Assembly: GCA_052327205.1 (NCBI GenBank)
Contig: CM126213.1
Span: 33,790,001 to 33,854,000, forward strand
DNA length: 64,000 bases
DNA from: Somniosus microcephalus
Lineage: Eukaryota
Direction: 5' to 3'
This document shows, piece after piece, positions 1 through 12,894 of this stretch. Both the position numbers and the translations under genes were made by a program. Positions within the stretch are counted from its first letter, which is position 1; each line of letters opens with the position of its first letter. The notes under the pieces were generated by a model. The model ran no database searches and had not been told where the DNA came from. It worked only from the letters and a program-made list of their open reading frames with translations.

Positions 1-544
1 TTCTTTAAAAAGGTACTTAAAAAAAACAAATAAAAAACCCACAAATGCCAAGCTCTGGTTGCGCACTGCAGTCCCTCCCCTTCCCAAATCTACCTCTTTT
101 CCATTTCCATTTTCTGCACACTTGCTCTTTGTTAATAATTCGGCAGCGCTCATTTGAATATTAAAAATTTCTTTAATCATCAAAGGCAGGAGCAGCTTCA
201 TGAATATTCATATTTTGACTGGATTCTAGTTCATTACCCTGCAGTAAAGCCAAACACTCATCAATCGCCTTCATTACGCCTGCTGCCGTTTTGATTGGCC
301 GCCTGGTGTTGATCGATTCTTGATGAGTTGCTGTGTTTCTGTCAAAACTTACAACAACACAAGAGGTTTTTTTATATACATGTCGCCTTCCCTCCAGTGA
401 GAACACGGTGCTGCGAACTTGTCAAGTTTCTCCCCTTTGCTGCCGCTCTCTTTCTCCCCCACCAACCCCCAACCCAACCCAACCCAACCCACCCCCTCCC
501 CTAAAAAAAATTCTCCCAGAAATTGATTCTGGTGCTGAATATTT

Positions 545-700
545 GTCAAGAGAATTGACGTAGGTTTAATTTGCATAATGACTTTGTACTTCTGCATTAA
601 TAAAATTTGCATATGAAGCTCTGTTAATTACTTTTGATCATGCTTTTTGCATTCATGCATGGTAATTTTCATGACTTTTGAGAATTAATGTCTTGGCGTG
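545..700. promoter_or_regulatory. Candidate enhancer: POU/octamer motif cluster
   Basis: ATTTGCAT at 569-576 and 605-612, plus TTTGCAT/ATGCAT and several TAAT cores in repeat-free AT-rich DNA. Function is inferred from motifs only. Confidence 0.3.
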
Positions 701-1544
701 GGGGAGGGAGAGAGATGAGGGTGATGCTACTGTCATGTAGCTGCTGAGCCTTGCTGCTTTCCATGTCCGCCCGTGGCTCCCAGTCACCAACCATTCCCAA
801 AAGCACTCCAGACTACCCAGTTTTTAACTCTTTGCGTGACGCGTCGGTCCTGATTTTTCGTTTTTTTTTTTTTAAAACATTTTATTTTAGCTCGCTGCTA
901 AAAGCAGGTGACGTGCGCTGTTTAACCGCGGCTTTACATATCAGCATTTTCACCATGGCTACAGCTCCTGTTGATTGAATAATCTGCTGTCATTTTTTAA
1001 ATCCTGACTGGTTTTTTTTCTCTTTTCGGTGCTGTTTTGCTCCGTTTATATCTAACAGTCTGCACATTTGATTTATGCACAAGCAAGCAAGGTGGTGGTG
1101 GGGGGGGGGCGCGGGGTGGGGGTGGGGGGGGTGGAGAGCAGAATTATATTTAAAAAAAGCTTGCGAGTAACTGTTAATCCTTCTCTGCCCTCAGTTGAAA
1201 TGCAAGTGGAAGCTTATGCAAGCAGGCACCTTTATTGTGCTGTAGGAGTCAGGTATGAATAGCCAGCCTGGTGAGCTGCCCATTGTGAGTCGTGGGGCGA
1301 GGTGCGAATCTCTGCTACCTCTAGTTTTGTTATTCTTTTTAGTAAATGAAGAGATGGCAGAAGCTCTCAAACTGTTCCACTTTGACTAAATCTTTCCCGC
1401 AGTGTGGAGATTGTCCCGCTGCCCCTTCATGCCGCAGTCTCTCAATTCACTGCCGCCGATATAGCTTTGAGCTTGTTCAGAAATGGCGACGGAGCCTGGC
1501 TGTGATTTCTCCCAAAGAGTTGGGTGTTAAGCAGCGTGGTAAAG

Positions 1545-1812
1545 GAGGAGAGAGAGGTAGAGAGAGAGAGAGAGAGAGAGACGAAGAGATTTAGGTAAGG
1601 AATTCCAGAGCTTAGGGCCCGAGTAGCTGCCAGTGGCACAGCTGCCAGTGGTGGGGAAATGGAAATCGGGGATGCGCAAGAGGCCAGAATTGGAGGAGCG
1701 CAGAGATCTCAGAGAATTGTAGGGCTGGAGGAGGTCACATAGGTAGGGAGGGGGGAGCGAGGCCCTGGAGGGAGTTGAAATACAAGGACGAGGATTTTAA
1801 AATCGAGGCGTG
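1545..1812 (-). mobile_element. L2 LINE 3' fragment (includes a (GA)n tract)
   Basis: Reverse complement matches the L2 copy at 42610-43323 (ggaattccagagcttagggcc...ttttaaaatcgaggcg). Confidence 0.85.
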
Positions 1813-2282
1813 CCATTTTAAACCGCATGGTGAAGTGCGTTGACAGCACCGGCTGTTGTTTCAGTCGCAGGAAGGAGTCCGGATCAACGTTTTAGGAAAA
1901 TGTTTTAGAGTGCCAGGGTACTGAAAGGCCAACTCTCCTCCACTGCATATGACAGTGCAGCTGATTTGCCAAAATTAAAAGCACTGATGGCTTTTTTTAT
2001 TAACCACAGAACAGAAATTCCTCTTGAAATGTTGAAAGTTCGAACTTGTGCCGAATTCTTTTGAAACCATAGTTTAAGAATAAAATTTACTGTGTCAGTG
2101 GATGTTGCCATTTTTAATGTGGGTGGAAAAAAATCAAAAGAATCCCAAGTGACGCAGATGCTTGGGTCCTGATGTGGAATGTGGGGGCACGATTTGGGCT
2201 GTTACGTGTGATGACGTGTGACATGAGGACATATAGCCCAATATATACAGCGCACATGGCTTCTCAATCATTCCAACATCCA

Positions 2283-2866
2283 TGACTAGGAACAGGAGTA
2301 GGCCATTCAGCCCCTCGAGCCTGTTCCGCCATTCAATGAAATCATGGCTGATCTGTGACCTAACTCCATATACCCGCCTTTGGCCCATATCGCTTAATAC
2401 CTTTGGTTAACAAAAAGCTACCAATCTCTGATTTAAAATTAATAATTGACCCAGCATCAACTGCCGTTTGCGGAAGAGAGTTCCAAACCTCTACCACCCG
2501 TTGTGTGTAGAAGTGTTTCTTAATTTCACTCCTGAAAGGCCTGGCTCTAATTTGTAGACTATGTCCCCTCGTCCTAGACTCCCCAACCAGCGGAAATAGT
2601 TTCTCTCTGTCTACCCTATCAGTTCCCCTGAATATCGTGAAAACTTCGATCAAATCACCCCTGAACCGTCTAAATTACAGGGAATACAACCCTAGTTTGT
2701 GTAATCTCTCCTTGTAATTTAACCCTTGGAGTCCATTCTGGTAAATTACACTGCAGTCCCTCCGAGGCCAATATATCCTTCTTAAGGTGTGGTGCCCAGA
2801 ACTGAACACTATTCCCGGTGTGGCCGAACCAGGGCTTTGTGTAGCTGTAACACCACTTCTATCCCC
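2283..2866 (-). mobile_element. CR1 LINE 3' fragment
   Basis: ORF 2360..2653 (…ESRTRGHSLQI…FYTQRVVEVWNSLP…) is the CR1 ORF2 C-terminus; followed by the CR1 3' UTR (gaatggcctactcctg). Confidence 0.92.
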
Positions 2867-2959
2867 ATGTGAGATCCTTGTTGCATGTTGGACTCAGTGA
2901 GTGTGCACAATGCCTTTACTAGTTACACAGTGTATGCACTTTTTGCGTTCTCGTACCTA

Positions 2960-3115
2960 ACCCGGTTGATTTTAACCCTCACTAGCCCAGGGCCGGTCGT
3001 AACATCCAGTTACTGCCCACCTGAGATCCGCTAACTCCGCACAGACCGGGAAATCGAACCTGGAACCTCCTGACTGCACGATGCTGGCTGGTGGCTTTCC
3101 CCACTCGGCTATTCA
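2960..3115 (-). mobile_element. Old tRNA-derived SINE-like repeat (unnamed here), 5' part
   Basis: Minus strand has an A-box-like tagccgagtgg, a B-box-like ggttcgatttcc and then ggtctgtgcggagttagcggatctcag, which recurs in other copies in the window. Confidence 0.6.
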
Positions 3116-3486
3116 GAGAGCTCGACCCCAAATTGTTTAAAGATTTAATTCTGCTAACATTTCTATCGCACGCGCAATAGCTGTGGTTTGAACTGTGAGT
3201 TTGTTAAACCAAACCTATCATGGCTGGTATTGATGAGCTTTTTATTTTCGGTTAGCTGTAGTCAAAAGCTCACTGGACAGCCGGTATCATGACCAAAGTC
3301 ACCGGTCTCCCAGGGTGATGGTAACTGCATTGTTTTCATGTCAGATCACAGGTCTTAACGGGCCGGCACAAAACTTGGTGAGTTGAGCAACCACTCTGTC
3401 AGACCTTTTGCAATCCTCCTGATGCCACCTGCCATTAATGTTAGCGTTTGTAAATTTATAGTTTCCTTTGTATCTTCAGCTGCTTC

Positions 3487-4237
3487 AACATAAGAAATAG
3501 GAGCAGGAGTAGGCCATTCATCCCCCTCGAGCCTGCTCTCCCATTCAATAAGATCATGGCTGATCTGATCTTGGCCTCAACTCCACTTGTCTGCCTGTTC
3601 CCCATAACGCTCGAAACCCCTGTAGTTCAAAAATCTGTCGATCTCAGCCTTGAATATATTCAATGACTCCGCCTCCACAGCTCTCTGGGGTAGAGAATTC
3701 CAAAGATTCACGACCCTCTGAGAGAAGAAATCCCTCCTCGTCTCCGTCTTAAATGGGCGACCCCTTATTCTGAAACTATGCCCCCTACTTCTAGATTCCC
3801 CCACGAGGGGAAACATCCTCTCAGCATCTATCCTGTCAATCCCCCTCAGAATCTTATATGTTTCAATAAGATCCCCTCTCATTCTTCTAAACTCCAATGA
3901 GTATAGGCCCAACCTGCTCAACCTTTCTTCATAAGACAACCCCTTCATCTCCGGAATCAACCTCGTGAACCTTCTCTGAACTGCCTCCAATGCAAGTATA
4001 TCCCTCCTTAAATAAGGAGACCATAACTGTACGCAGTACTCCAGGTGTGGTCTCACCAACGCCCTGTACAGTTGTAGAAAGACTTCCCTATTTTTATATT
4101 CCATCCCCCTTGCAATAAAGTCCAACATTCCATTTGCCTTCCTAATTACTTGCTGTACCTGCATGCTAACTTTTTGTGTTTTATGCACGAGGACACCCAG
4201 ATCCCTCTGTACCGCAGCATTCTGTAGTCTCTCTCTA
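3487..4237 (-). mobile_element. CR1 LINE 3' fragment, ORF2 C-terminus in frame
   Basis: ORF 3577..4293: QRDLGVLV…LYRALVRPHLEYCVQLWSP…RRMRGDLIETYKI…FFSQRVVNLWNSLP, plus the CR1 3' UTR. Confidence 0.95.
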
Positions 4238-4872
4238 TTGCATTCGTGCCGTGTTAGCGCCGCTGGGTCTCGTGATGCTGGTGGCAACCTCAACGTTACC
4301 TTGCTGGATTGACCGAGGCAGGCTGCTGGGAAGACTCTTTATTTTCCTTTCTTTCTCTTGCTGGCCATGCGGCACCCACGTGTCAGAAGGCAGCGGCACT
4401 AACACGGCACGAGATCAACGCGAGCGAAGCTTCGGAGTCTCGGTGGAAGCACGCGCATTGATCCAATGGCCACCGCAAAGCTTTTTTGTTCCCCTTTCCT
4501 TCCTTTCCTCCCAGGTATCTGACCGACAACTCAGTAGGGACAGCCTGCGGGCTTTCTGCCATCTTAGAATAGAGTAGTGTTTGGCGATTTCTGCACAGGG
4601 CCTGATTACCCCGGGTCACGCCCAAAGGAGGCCGCACAGGTTCAGAAGTGTCCGCGAAGGAAAACAAAAGAAGCAAAATTAGCAGTTGACCTGATTCCCC
4701 ACCACCCCCCCCCCGCCCCCACTTTGAAGGTATCCACTCTCCTTTTATTTCCCCTTGCTTACCCCATTCCCCTGCCAACCCAGGGCTCGCAACTACCTGC
4801 AGGAGGCTGGGGACGGGGGGCTGGGCAAAGAATGCTCCCATCCGTTTTCTTTTTCCTTACTCCCCTCTCCGC

Positions 4873-5110
4873 CAACAGCAGCTTGCACTTACGTAGCGCC
4901 TTTAATGTAGTAACACATCCCACGGCATAATCAGACAAAAAATTGAACCGAGCCAAAGAAGGAGACGTTAGGACAGGGGACCATAAGCTTGGTCAAAGAG
5001 GTAGGTTTTAAGCCAAGTCTTAAAGGAGGCGAGAGAGAGAGGCGGAGAGGTTTAGGGAGGGAATTCAGAGCTTGGGGCCGAGCCAGCCGAAGGCACGGCC
5101 GGCAATGGTG
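4873..5110 (-). mobile_element. L2 LINE 3' end
   Basis: aacagcagcttgcacttacgtagcgcctttaatgtag…ggtcaaagaggtaggtttt is the reverse complement of the L2 tail. Confidence 0.85.
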
Positions 5111-5899
5111 ACGTAAAGAAAGTGGGGGGGGGGGGGGGTGTGCACAAGATCTCCACTCAGAACCTCCTCCCCTCCCCTCCCAGCAGTGCAGCTGAGATTG
5201 GGGACTTGGTGAAGTGACGATTCGGACCTGCGTCCCATTGCACCAGCGCACAGTCAAATTTTATTGCCTCAACCTCGTTTTTTTTATTTGAAATGCAACA
5301 GAAGAGAAGTTTGGTTTTGAAACCCAATCAGGGGGAAACGACTAGATGAAGGAATTGTGAATCACATCACATGATGTAAGATTTCAATTTGGTTGATTTT
5401 TTTTAAAATCACAATTAAAACCCAGACAAATTTATTTTTTTCTTCGGCTGATTTTATGCTATTTACCATCGGCGCTATAGAGTGAAGTTAAGCTCCAACA
5501 AAATGTAAATCCCATGAAAATAAAGCATTATACAGTATGTAGCAATTCATCAGGAGAATTGATTGGTAAAGTATTTTTGCACGGCAACTTGTTCCTTACC
5601 ACAGGGTGAAAATAGTTATTAAAGCTTTAATGGAATTAACAAATATAAATAAAGCTTAGAGAAATCATTTATATTAGCACGCAGAATTTGTACTTTGAAG
5701 AAAATTACATTTTTCATGCCCTGTTGGTTTTAAATATAGGCTTTCCCCGGCTCCTAGGGTCTTTCACAAGAAAGCCTTTTCAGTCTTAAGATTTGAACCT
5801 GCTGCAGAGGTGTTGATGTAGGTAATTTAGTCCCGGGAGTTGCGGCTTTTTGATAAATGCAGCAAATGAGAAGTGACGATCTGAACCAGGCCCCCGAGT

Positions 5900-6130
5900 T
5901 GCTGAGGGGGTATTGATTAAAGCTCCGCTAACCAATTATTATGGCAATTAAATAATCTGCCAATTATTGAAAGAAATAGTTGACTGTTCCGGTTAGGCGT
6001 GTAATCACCGTTTCTGCAGAGTAACAAGCTGACATCAATGGTGAATGAACTCCTGCTTGTCAGCCTTGCGTTTAATTCAGTTAGCCAGCTAAACAAAGTA
6101 AAATTGCAAATGTATTTCATGCAGCATCGC
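5900..6130. promoter_or_regulatory. Candidate conserved non-coding element rich in homeodomain motifs
   Basis: Dense TAAT/ATTA cores (tgattaaag, ccaattattatgg, caattaaataatc, gtaatcacc) in repeat-free sequence. Conservation was not tested. Confidence 0.2.
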
Positions 6131-6310
6131 CGACAGGCTCCCTTAGACCGGGGGTTCCGAATGACGAGATTAAATCAGTACGTAGTCATAATCTCGTACC
6201 TCCATGGTCTCATTCTCTGTTCTTCCCTGGCTTTATGATTGACCTAACTAAATGGATGTATCGTCCCATTCCCTGCTTCTGCAGTCCCGTTCCCTAACTA
6301 CGCTGTCTTG

Positions 6311-6505
6311 GAATTATAGAATCCTACAGCACAGAAGGAAGCAATCCAGCCCCATCGTACCTGTCCCTGGGTTCTCTGAAGGAGCTATCCACTTAGTTCT
6401 ATTTCCCTGCGCCCTTTTGAATTCTTCTTCTTCTTCTTCTTCAAATATTTATCCGCTTCCTTTGTAAAAGCTCTTACAGATTCTGCTGCCACCACAGTTT
6501 CTGGA
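6311..6505 (-). mobile_element. Degenerate CR1 3' tail
   Basis: atagaatcctacagcacagaaggaagc…; the minus-strand translation resembles LPETVVAAESVRAF. Confidence 0.65.
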
Positions 6506-7084
6506 AGATCAGATCGAGTGGTGCTGCAGCCCGAGTCCACAGACCCAGTCATGTTAATATTAAAAGAGCCCATTATGTGGAGGGAAATGGTGCATGGGTA
6601 GAGTTACCGGAAACAGTGATCTAACCGAGGGGTGCAAATCACTTCGCACACCAGGCTTTTTTGAAGGTCAAGTGCTTTCAAGTAATCATCTGCATCCCCG
6701 GGATTGGATTCTAACCTTGAAGTAATTCTTGGTCTCTGTTTATAATATCTTGTTTTTAATGTTGCGTGGGAGCCTTACTGGGCTGTTGGTGCATTGTTGT
6801 GGCACCGGGAGCTGTGAATGTGAAAGTCTGCTGCTGGCGAGCTTGGTGTGATGACATTCACACCAGAGAATTAATGGCTGCACTGTCACTGCGTATAATA
6901 TATAATATATTAGCCTGTTCATCTCAGGGCTATTCTGAGCGTTTGAGAAGTCAGACTGCTAACTATCTGCTGCACTTTGACACTCCCTTTTACTGACCAT
7001 TTTGAACTGATTCTCAAAAGTCCGCACGACAGCATTTTCATCAAGTGCTGGCGGTGTCTTTACAAACTGCATTATTATTAGTAT

Positions 7085-7290
7085 TGTGGCTCTGCCTGAA
7101 AGGGTGGTGGAAGCAGATTCTAGTACATAGTAACTTTCAAAAGGGCATATACTTGAAAAGGAATGCAATTTCAGGGCTATGGGGGAAAGAGCAGGGGAGT
7201 GGGACCAATTGGAGAGCTCTTAACAAAGAGCCGGCACAGGCACGATGGGTTGAATGGCCATCCTTCTGTGCTGTAAGATTCTGTGATTCC
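7085..7290 (+). mobile_element. CR1 LINE 3' tail
   Basis: ctgcctgaaagggtggtggaagcagattc…gagccggcacaggcacgatgggttgaatggcc; same type as 30478-30686. Confidence 0.8.
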
Positions 7291-7360
7291 AAAGTACAGG
7301 ACTATAGCACTGCCGTGACCTTTACTCTGCTCTACTATGGGGAGGTGGGTGGAGCGCGCG

Positions 7361-7438
7361 GGGGGCTCCCCTGCCCCTCGCCGGCCGGGGGCTCCCCTGC
7401 CCCTCGCCGGCCGGGTGCTCCCCTGCCCCTCGCTGGCC
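7361..7438. repeat. GC-rich tandem repeat, 3 x 26 bp
   Basis: gggggctcccctgcccctcgccggcc twice perfectly, then a third copy with 2 changes. Confidence 0.95.
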
Positions 7439-7984
7439 GGATGTTCAAGTGGGGCGTTAGTCTTCGGAAAAGAAACCTTCTCGGAGATGTTGAAGGAGAT
7501 TTGAGCCAGGTGGGACCACGTTGTTGGGGAAGCGGTGTAGCCAAGAGGGACGGGCTGAGTTCTCCCCTGAAACCCATGATGAGAATTGCCCGCCGAGCAA
7601 CTGCCCACCTGAGGGTGAGATAGGAGGGAACATTCTACTCTGGCCTTGCCTCTAATGAAACTCTTTTGCTGGAACGATATTGCTGTATTTTCACCCTGTA
7701 AATTACACAATTGCCCTGATCACATTAGGAATCATTTACCTGCTTCTTTATTGCATACTGTAAATGAAACCATATCCTTTGATTTTTATTTTAACCGATC
7801 CGCTTCTTGCAAAAATAAAATTCCCGTAAACAAAGAATTACCAAGATGTTTTGAGTTGTCCTTGTCTCCGCCGAGAAGGTGCGGTGGACGTATGTCCGGA
7901 TGTCAGAATGTTCGCGACAGAATCTCCTTCGCTGTCACATCTACTGTAAAACACCTCCGACCATCTGGGTGCCCTAGTAACAGC

Positions 7985-8262
7985 ACGATGGTGGGTTCAG
8001 TTCCCAACTCGAGACCTGAGCCCAGTAATCTCGGCTGGCACTCTCAGTGCCAGTACTGAGGGAGGTGCCGTCTTTCGGATGAGGCGATAAACCCAGGCCC
8101 CGTCTGCCCTCTCAGGTGGATGAAAACGATCCCACGGCCACTGTATCGAAGAAGAGCAGTGGGGAGTTACCCCCAGTGTCCTGGGGCAATATTTTATCCC
8201 TCAACCAACATCGCCAAAACCGATTATCTGTCATTATCACATTGCAGTTTGTGGGACCTTGC
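7985..8262 (+). mobile_element. Deu-domain SINE (SacSINE1-like), partial
   Basis: ggaggtgccgtctttcggatgag…ccccgtctgccctctcaggtgga…gaagaagagcagtggggagt; matches the other Deu-SINE copies. Confidence 0.8.
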
Positions 8263-9239
8263 TGATGGTAAAGCACCTAAATCTCAGTCGCCGCACCGCT
8301 CTGATTAAAGTCCTGATTTTAAAAAGAAAAAAAAACGGCCTGGAATAAACCAGCATGATTGATGGAATCTCTGTTGTTTCACCGCGACTATTGATCTGTT
8401 ATGATTTATCGTGCTGTCAGATTCTGTTGTCCCGTAAGTCTTATTGCAATCTTGCAAAGCAACTTTTACTGTATATGCAAGAGTTGTCAGTCTGTAGGTG
8501 TTTTTTGTTTTGTCCCGTTCCCCCCCCCACCCCCCACCCCACCCAGCCTCGCCACCCCCCCCCCCCCCCCCCACAAAAGGATTTGAAATGAATAATCTGA
8601 ACTAATAGCAGACCGGACCGGGATTTGAAAGCGTGCGGTAATTAATTTAATTTTAACTCGCTTCCACCCCGAGAGGTTTCTGTGGAAGAAAAAAAGTGCT
8701 GCTGGTTGCAGTCTGTGCAGCTTCAGCCAGCACTGTCACTGTTCCCACATAGGGGAGGCTGTAGGACAGCTTTTGCAGGGAAGTACCGGAGATTTATTAG
8801 TGTACTACCGTATTAGTCAGGGAACAAAGAACACTTCTTTTACTTAAGATCTACTTGAAAAATCGCGGTATGTATTTCATTAAACAAAAAAAAAACAACT
8901 GGGTTTGCGTACATTTTCCTGCCTACTTCCTCAGAGGAAGTTTTTTGTTTTGTAGTTCTTTTAAAGTCGCCTGCGGCCCTTTCTAGTGGCTTGATCTTTC
9001 CTAAGGGGGAGCTGTCTAACAACGGGCAACTTCTGGACGCTTATACGGAATGCAAGACCACCTCTGTGGGGGTTGGGAGGCTGGTGGGGGCAGGGGAGGG
9101 GCTGGCGCGGGTGAGCCTTTTCACGAGGAGACGGAGCCTTTTCATTGTGGCTGCAGCAAAGCCCCTGTGAAAGCTCACCTGTGCCGAGAGGCAGGGCCAC
9201 ACCCGCGTCCGTCTGATAAGGGAGTGTGAGTCAGAATCC

Positions 9240-9610
9240 GCTTGCCAGCTCCTGACCAATTGTGCTTTGCCAAGGCACTGTTGTTTTAAAGCTGCAATTT
9301 TGTGACTTTGTTTTCTGGCTGGTGTGTCTTCCTTAATGGGCCGGGGTGGGGGGGCCCGGGGGGTGGCGGGGTGGGTGGGGGGGGGGGCGGGGTGCAGAAC
9401 TCCCTCTAGGGTGATGAGAGAAGAGAGGGGGATAAAAAGAGAAGCAGCTTTATATCCTGTACAGGCCAGCTGAGCGGCATAACCCACCAGCGGCCTGCAA
9501 TACGGCTGTCTCTCCCACCGGTGCCATGTGTTTATACCGCAGCTGGAGTCCAAGGAGCAGCAGCACCTTGTTTACTGTACAGCTGCCGAAGACCGGACTG
9601 CTGTGAGGTA
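9240..9610 (+). promoter_or_regulatory. Candidate promoter/enhancer with G-quadruplex tract and possible first exon
   Basis: CCAAT near 9256; G-tracts and a GC box at 9338-9392; three CAGCTG E-boxes; TGTTTAC; GCCATG at 9523-9528; donor-like GAG|GTAAAT at 9607/9608. Confidence 0.3.
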
Positions 9611-9954
9611 AATGCGCCATTAGCCACTGGCTGGCCGCGACACTGCTGGCATGTCCTTCTGTAGTATTCAGATTGTGAGGTAATTTTACACTGAACTTGT
9701 AACTGTGACCTTTGCTCTCTTAACCTCCCCTTCCACCCCACTCCCAGCCTGTTCAGTCCTTGGTCCTTCATACAGTATGCATCCTGACACTAACCCAAGT
9801 TTTAGTTGAACACTTCACCTAGTTTAGTTGAGCACCAATATGTATATGATAAGCCTATCTCGGGTCCGATTTAAAGTTAGTTACTACGCACCAGTGTATG
9901 TAGAACAGTTTACACTGCTATGTAATTCAAGTTCAGAACATTTACAGGCAGATA

Positions 9955-10105
9955 TATTTTGATTAAAGAAATATAGAGGGGTCCTCTAAAGGTTATGCTG
10001 ATAGGATTAGATGAAGTGGGGTGGGAGGAGGCTCGTTTGGAACATTAAACACTGCACAAACCAGTTGGGCCGAATGGCCTGTTTCTGTGCTGTACATTCT
10101 ATGTA
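9955..10105 (+). mobile_element. CR1 3' tail
   Basis: gggtgggaggaggctcgtttgga…ttgggccgaatggcctgtttctgtgctgtacattctatgta; same family as 15026-15325 and 26516-26760. Confidence 0.75.
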
Positions 10106-10184
10106 AGTTCACAAGATAATTATGGATGAGGAAGGCCTGTACGTTCTATGTAATTCTATGCAAGTTTAACCAATTAGTAGTTGA

Positions 10185-10560
10185 GCTATACAGAGCAGGA
10201 AAGTCCTAGGCCTCAGGCTTTGCTGAGTGCTGAGGCAATTGTTTTCAACTGGGGCAGTGATACGGACAAGTACAATTGGGTTCAGTGCTCTGAGCTAGGG
10301 ATGTAGGAATTGCTGGATGAAGAAAGACCAAGCTCCATCTCGATTGCCTTCTACCACCTTGGTAGTCGCACGATACAGCGGGAGGGAGGGGTAATCGGCC
10401 AGGGTTCTGGCTGCCAGTCACCACCCCTCCAGTGGCCCCCCCCCCTGCTGGAGACGCAGGTGTGTGGAGCCCAGGTGAGGACAGATGGGACTGGACGTGG
10501 CCGCGATGCACTATGCGGTTGAATAGGTGGTGATGCTGTCGGGGGAAGGAGAAAAATGCC
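10185..10560 (+). mobile_element. Old tRNA-derived SINE-like repeat, degenerate
   Basis: tgctgagtgctgag…ggggcagtga…caattgggttcagtgctctgagctaggg…ggccagggttctggct…ggtgaggacag; these blocks are shared with other copies. Confidence 0.5.
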
Positions 10561-10824
10561 GGATGGGGTGACTCTCATTGGAAAATACAACAACGAAGGA
10601 ACAGATCCAAATAGGATTTGGAGAACTGAAAGATTAACATAATATTTATTTTATTACTTTCTTTACGTCTCTTCCTGAACCCTGTAAGGATTTGCAGATC
10701 CTGAACAGAATTTGCATCCTCAATAAAACCCTAAGTACAGGCCTGTTGGGAAGAAGGTAATACAGGGTAGAAGTAAAATCTAGAAGAGGAAAGTAAGTTA
10801 TTTTTTTCCCCCTTTTTAAGGAAA

Positions 10825-10895
10825 GAACTTGCCTTTGTTTAGCGCCTTTCATATCCTCAGGACGTCCCAAAGCAATTTACAACGAATTAAGTAGA
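10825..10895 (-). mobile_element. Deu-SINE 3' tail fragment
   Basis: aagaacttgcc…agcgcctttcatatcctcaggacgtcccaaagc. Confidence 0.65.
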
Positions 10896-11379
10896 ATCAT
10901 TAAAACATTCTTCCTTTTCTCTAAACAGAACTTTGTTCTCAGTGTTGCGGGACTGAGGGTATGAATGCACTGATGTACTCGTAACGCATCTGTGGGTTAT
11001 GTTGTGTGCGTGGGGTAAATTATGGCTCTTTCTAAAGCTTTCCAGCTACTGAGAAGTTTTAAGATATTGCACCAGTGACCGTGTGTTTACGGGCGTTCTG
11101 TCACGATCAGCCCTATAAATCACACGCGTGAGTGACTCACTTATGACGGTGCCTCACCTAAGTGAAGAAGCCCTTGTAACACATGGTCAGCAGTGCGATA
11201 TTCTGTTTTGTTTGTGGGTGAGCTTTGAGATGTATTCAGAGCGTGTCGTATGGTGCATTTCGCACCCTTTAACCAGAGAATCCTGGGGAGTGGGGCTTGG
11301 GCCCGTTGAACTTGCTTGTTTTCACGGCAGTTAATCTGTTGCATTCTGCTCCGCCCTGTGCGTTTTCGCCCAGTAGCCG

Positions 11380-11660
11380 AGCCGTTGGGACTAGGGAAGG
11401 TCCCAGCGCCAGTCTCCGGCCCGTGCTGTGCTAGCTGATCTTAGCCAGGCCGGCACAGCACTGAGCCTCAGTGCCGCTGGGTTAAGGGGTTTGTGAGGGG
11501 GTGGTGAGAAACCGTCTCAGGTTCCCACTCCCGGTCACTGTGCGTTGGAACTAGGCACGTGCGCAAATTGGCGGGGGGGGAATGGCAGGATTGGGTATGT
11601 CTGTGATACCCCTGCTCCCTTTCCCCTCTTGGTTAGCTTGTTCAGCCTCACTGTGAATCT
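11380..11660 (+). mobile_element. Old tRNA-derived SINE-like repeat, degenerate
   Basis: gaaggtcccag…gtgctgtgctagctgatcttagcc…gcctcagtgccgctgggtt…ggttcccactcc. Confidence 0.5.
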
Positions 11661-12894
11661 GTCAAAGAGATAGGTTTAGAGTGGTCAAAGAAATGGCTTT
11701 TGAGGCTACGACTGCACGATAGAGCAGAGCTGGAAAAACGAAGGGCCCAAGTTGGCTGGGCTTAGGATTTGCCGATCGGCATAGTGAATCTCACGTGTGG
11801 GCACTCGGATGGGGTCTTGTAAGGTGAGCGACGGCTGTGGGATTGTACCCAACACGGCTCAGCCAATGCCTTCAGGAGGGGAAGGGAGCAGAGGGAGAGA
11901 AAAAAATGTTTCAAGGAATTGGCATGTGAAAGAATTTCCTTTGTATTCCTAGTCTGTGGAATCAGCATCCCATTGAAAAGATTGGAAAAAGAACCGTGGA
12001 GAAGAGATGTGGAATTAATCACAAATGCCGAGTGCCATATGGAGTAAATATAAATTGCATCAAGCGCGTAAAGTTATCTTGACTTCTCTTTGTCGGCACA
12101 TAACCTGTTGAAGAAACATTTGGCGAAAACGGGATTGTGTTTTTGAAGAACAATAATTCAGATTAGCCGAGTTTTTTCACAGGGAAAATGTTCTTTTTTT
12201 TGTTAATCTTCTCGTTCAGTCGCTCATTAAAGAAAAACTTTAATCGACTGATTTTTATTTTTAACACTCTTACCCCTCCTGTGTATACGTTGGTTGTTTA
12301 CTAGGACTGCGAACACATTACGCCGTGCCCTCCAGGGACCTGCAGTAAGCTGCTTTAAATGTAGATTAACAAAACCGTGTGCCACTCTGCTACTAAGGCG
12401 GCGGAACAGAACACGCGCAGCGCTTCAAAAACCCGTCTAAATTTAGTATTAAATCAAAGTTCTCTGTTTTAAATCCATGCAAGATGTTGCCATTTTAACT
12501 ATGAAAGGGAAAGAGAGAGAGAGAGAGAGAGCAAGAGAGTTGGAAGCCTCTTTTTTTTATTGCTGTCTTTAAATTGAGTTTGGTTGCCTCGCACAGCTGG
12601 TGCTCATTAAGATATGCACTATCAATAAAATAGCATGTGTAATTAATTTTTAATGCAGTATTGTAAGTAGCACTTTAAAGCAGTTCCAGTACATGGGGAA
12701 TTTTTGATGACCAGTGAAGGAAGATGAAAGTGATTAGATCAGTTGTTAAAAATAGGAGGGCTGACAGGAGTCGGGGATAAAGTTGGGACGCACGCAGGCG
12801 TGAATCTCGAGCAGTTTGTGCCAAAAAAAAACCTGAACTCAAAGGGGGATTGGAGTGCAGCTAGGTGAAAGCTGCCTGCCGCCTTGACTTTGGA

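Noticed and set aside
6164-6197. 9-bp inverted repeat acgagatta…taatctcgt
   Set aside because: Too short to distinguish from chance in 64 kb.
7045-7710. 192-aa and 177-aa overlapping ORFs
   Set aside because: They are made of a CR1 tail plus a GC-rich 26-bp tandem repeat that lacks stop codons.
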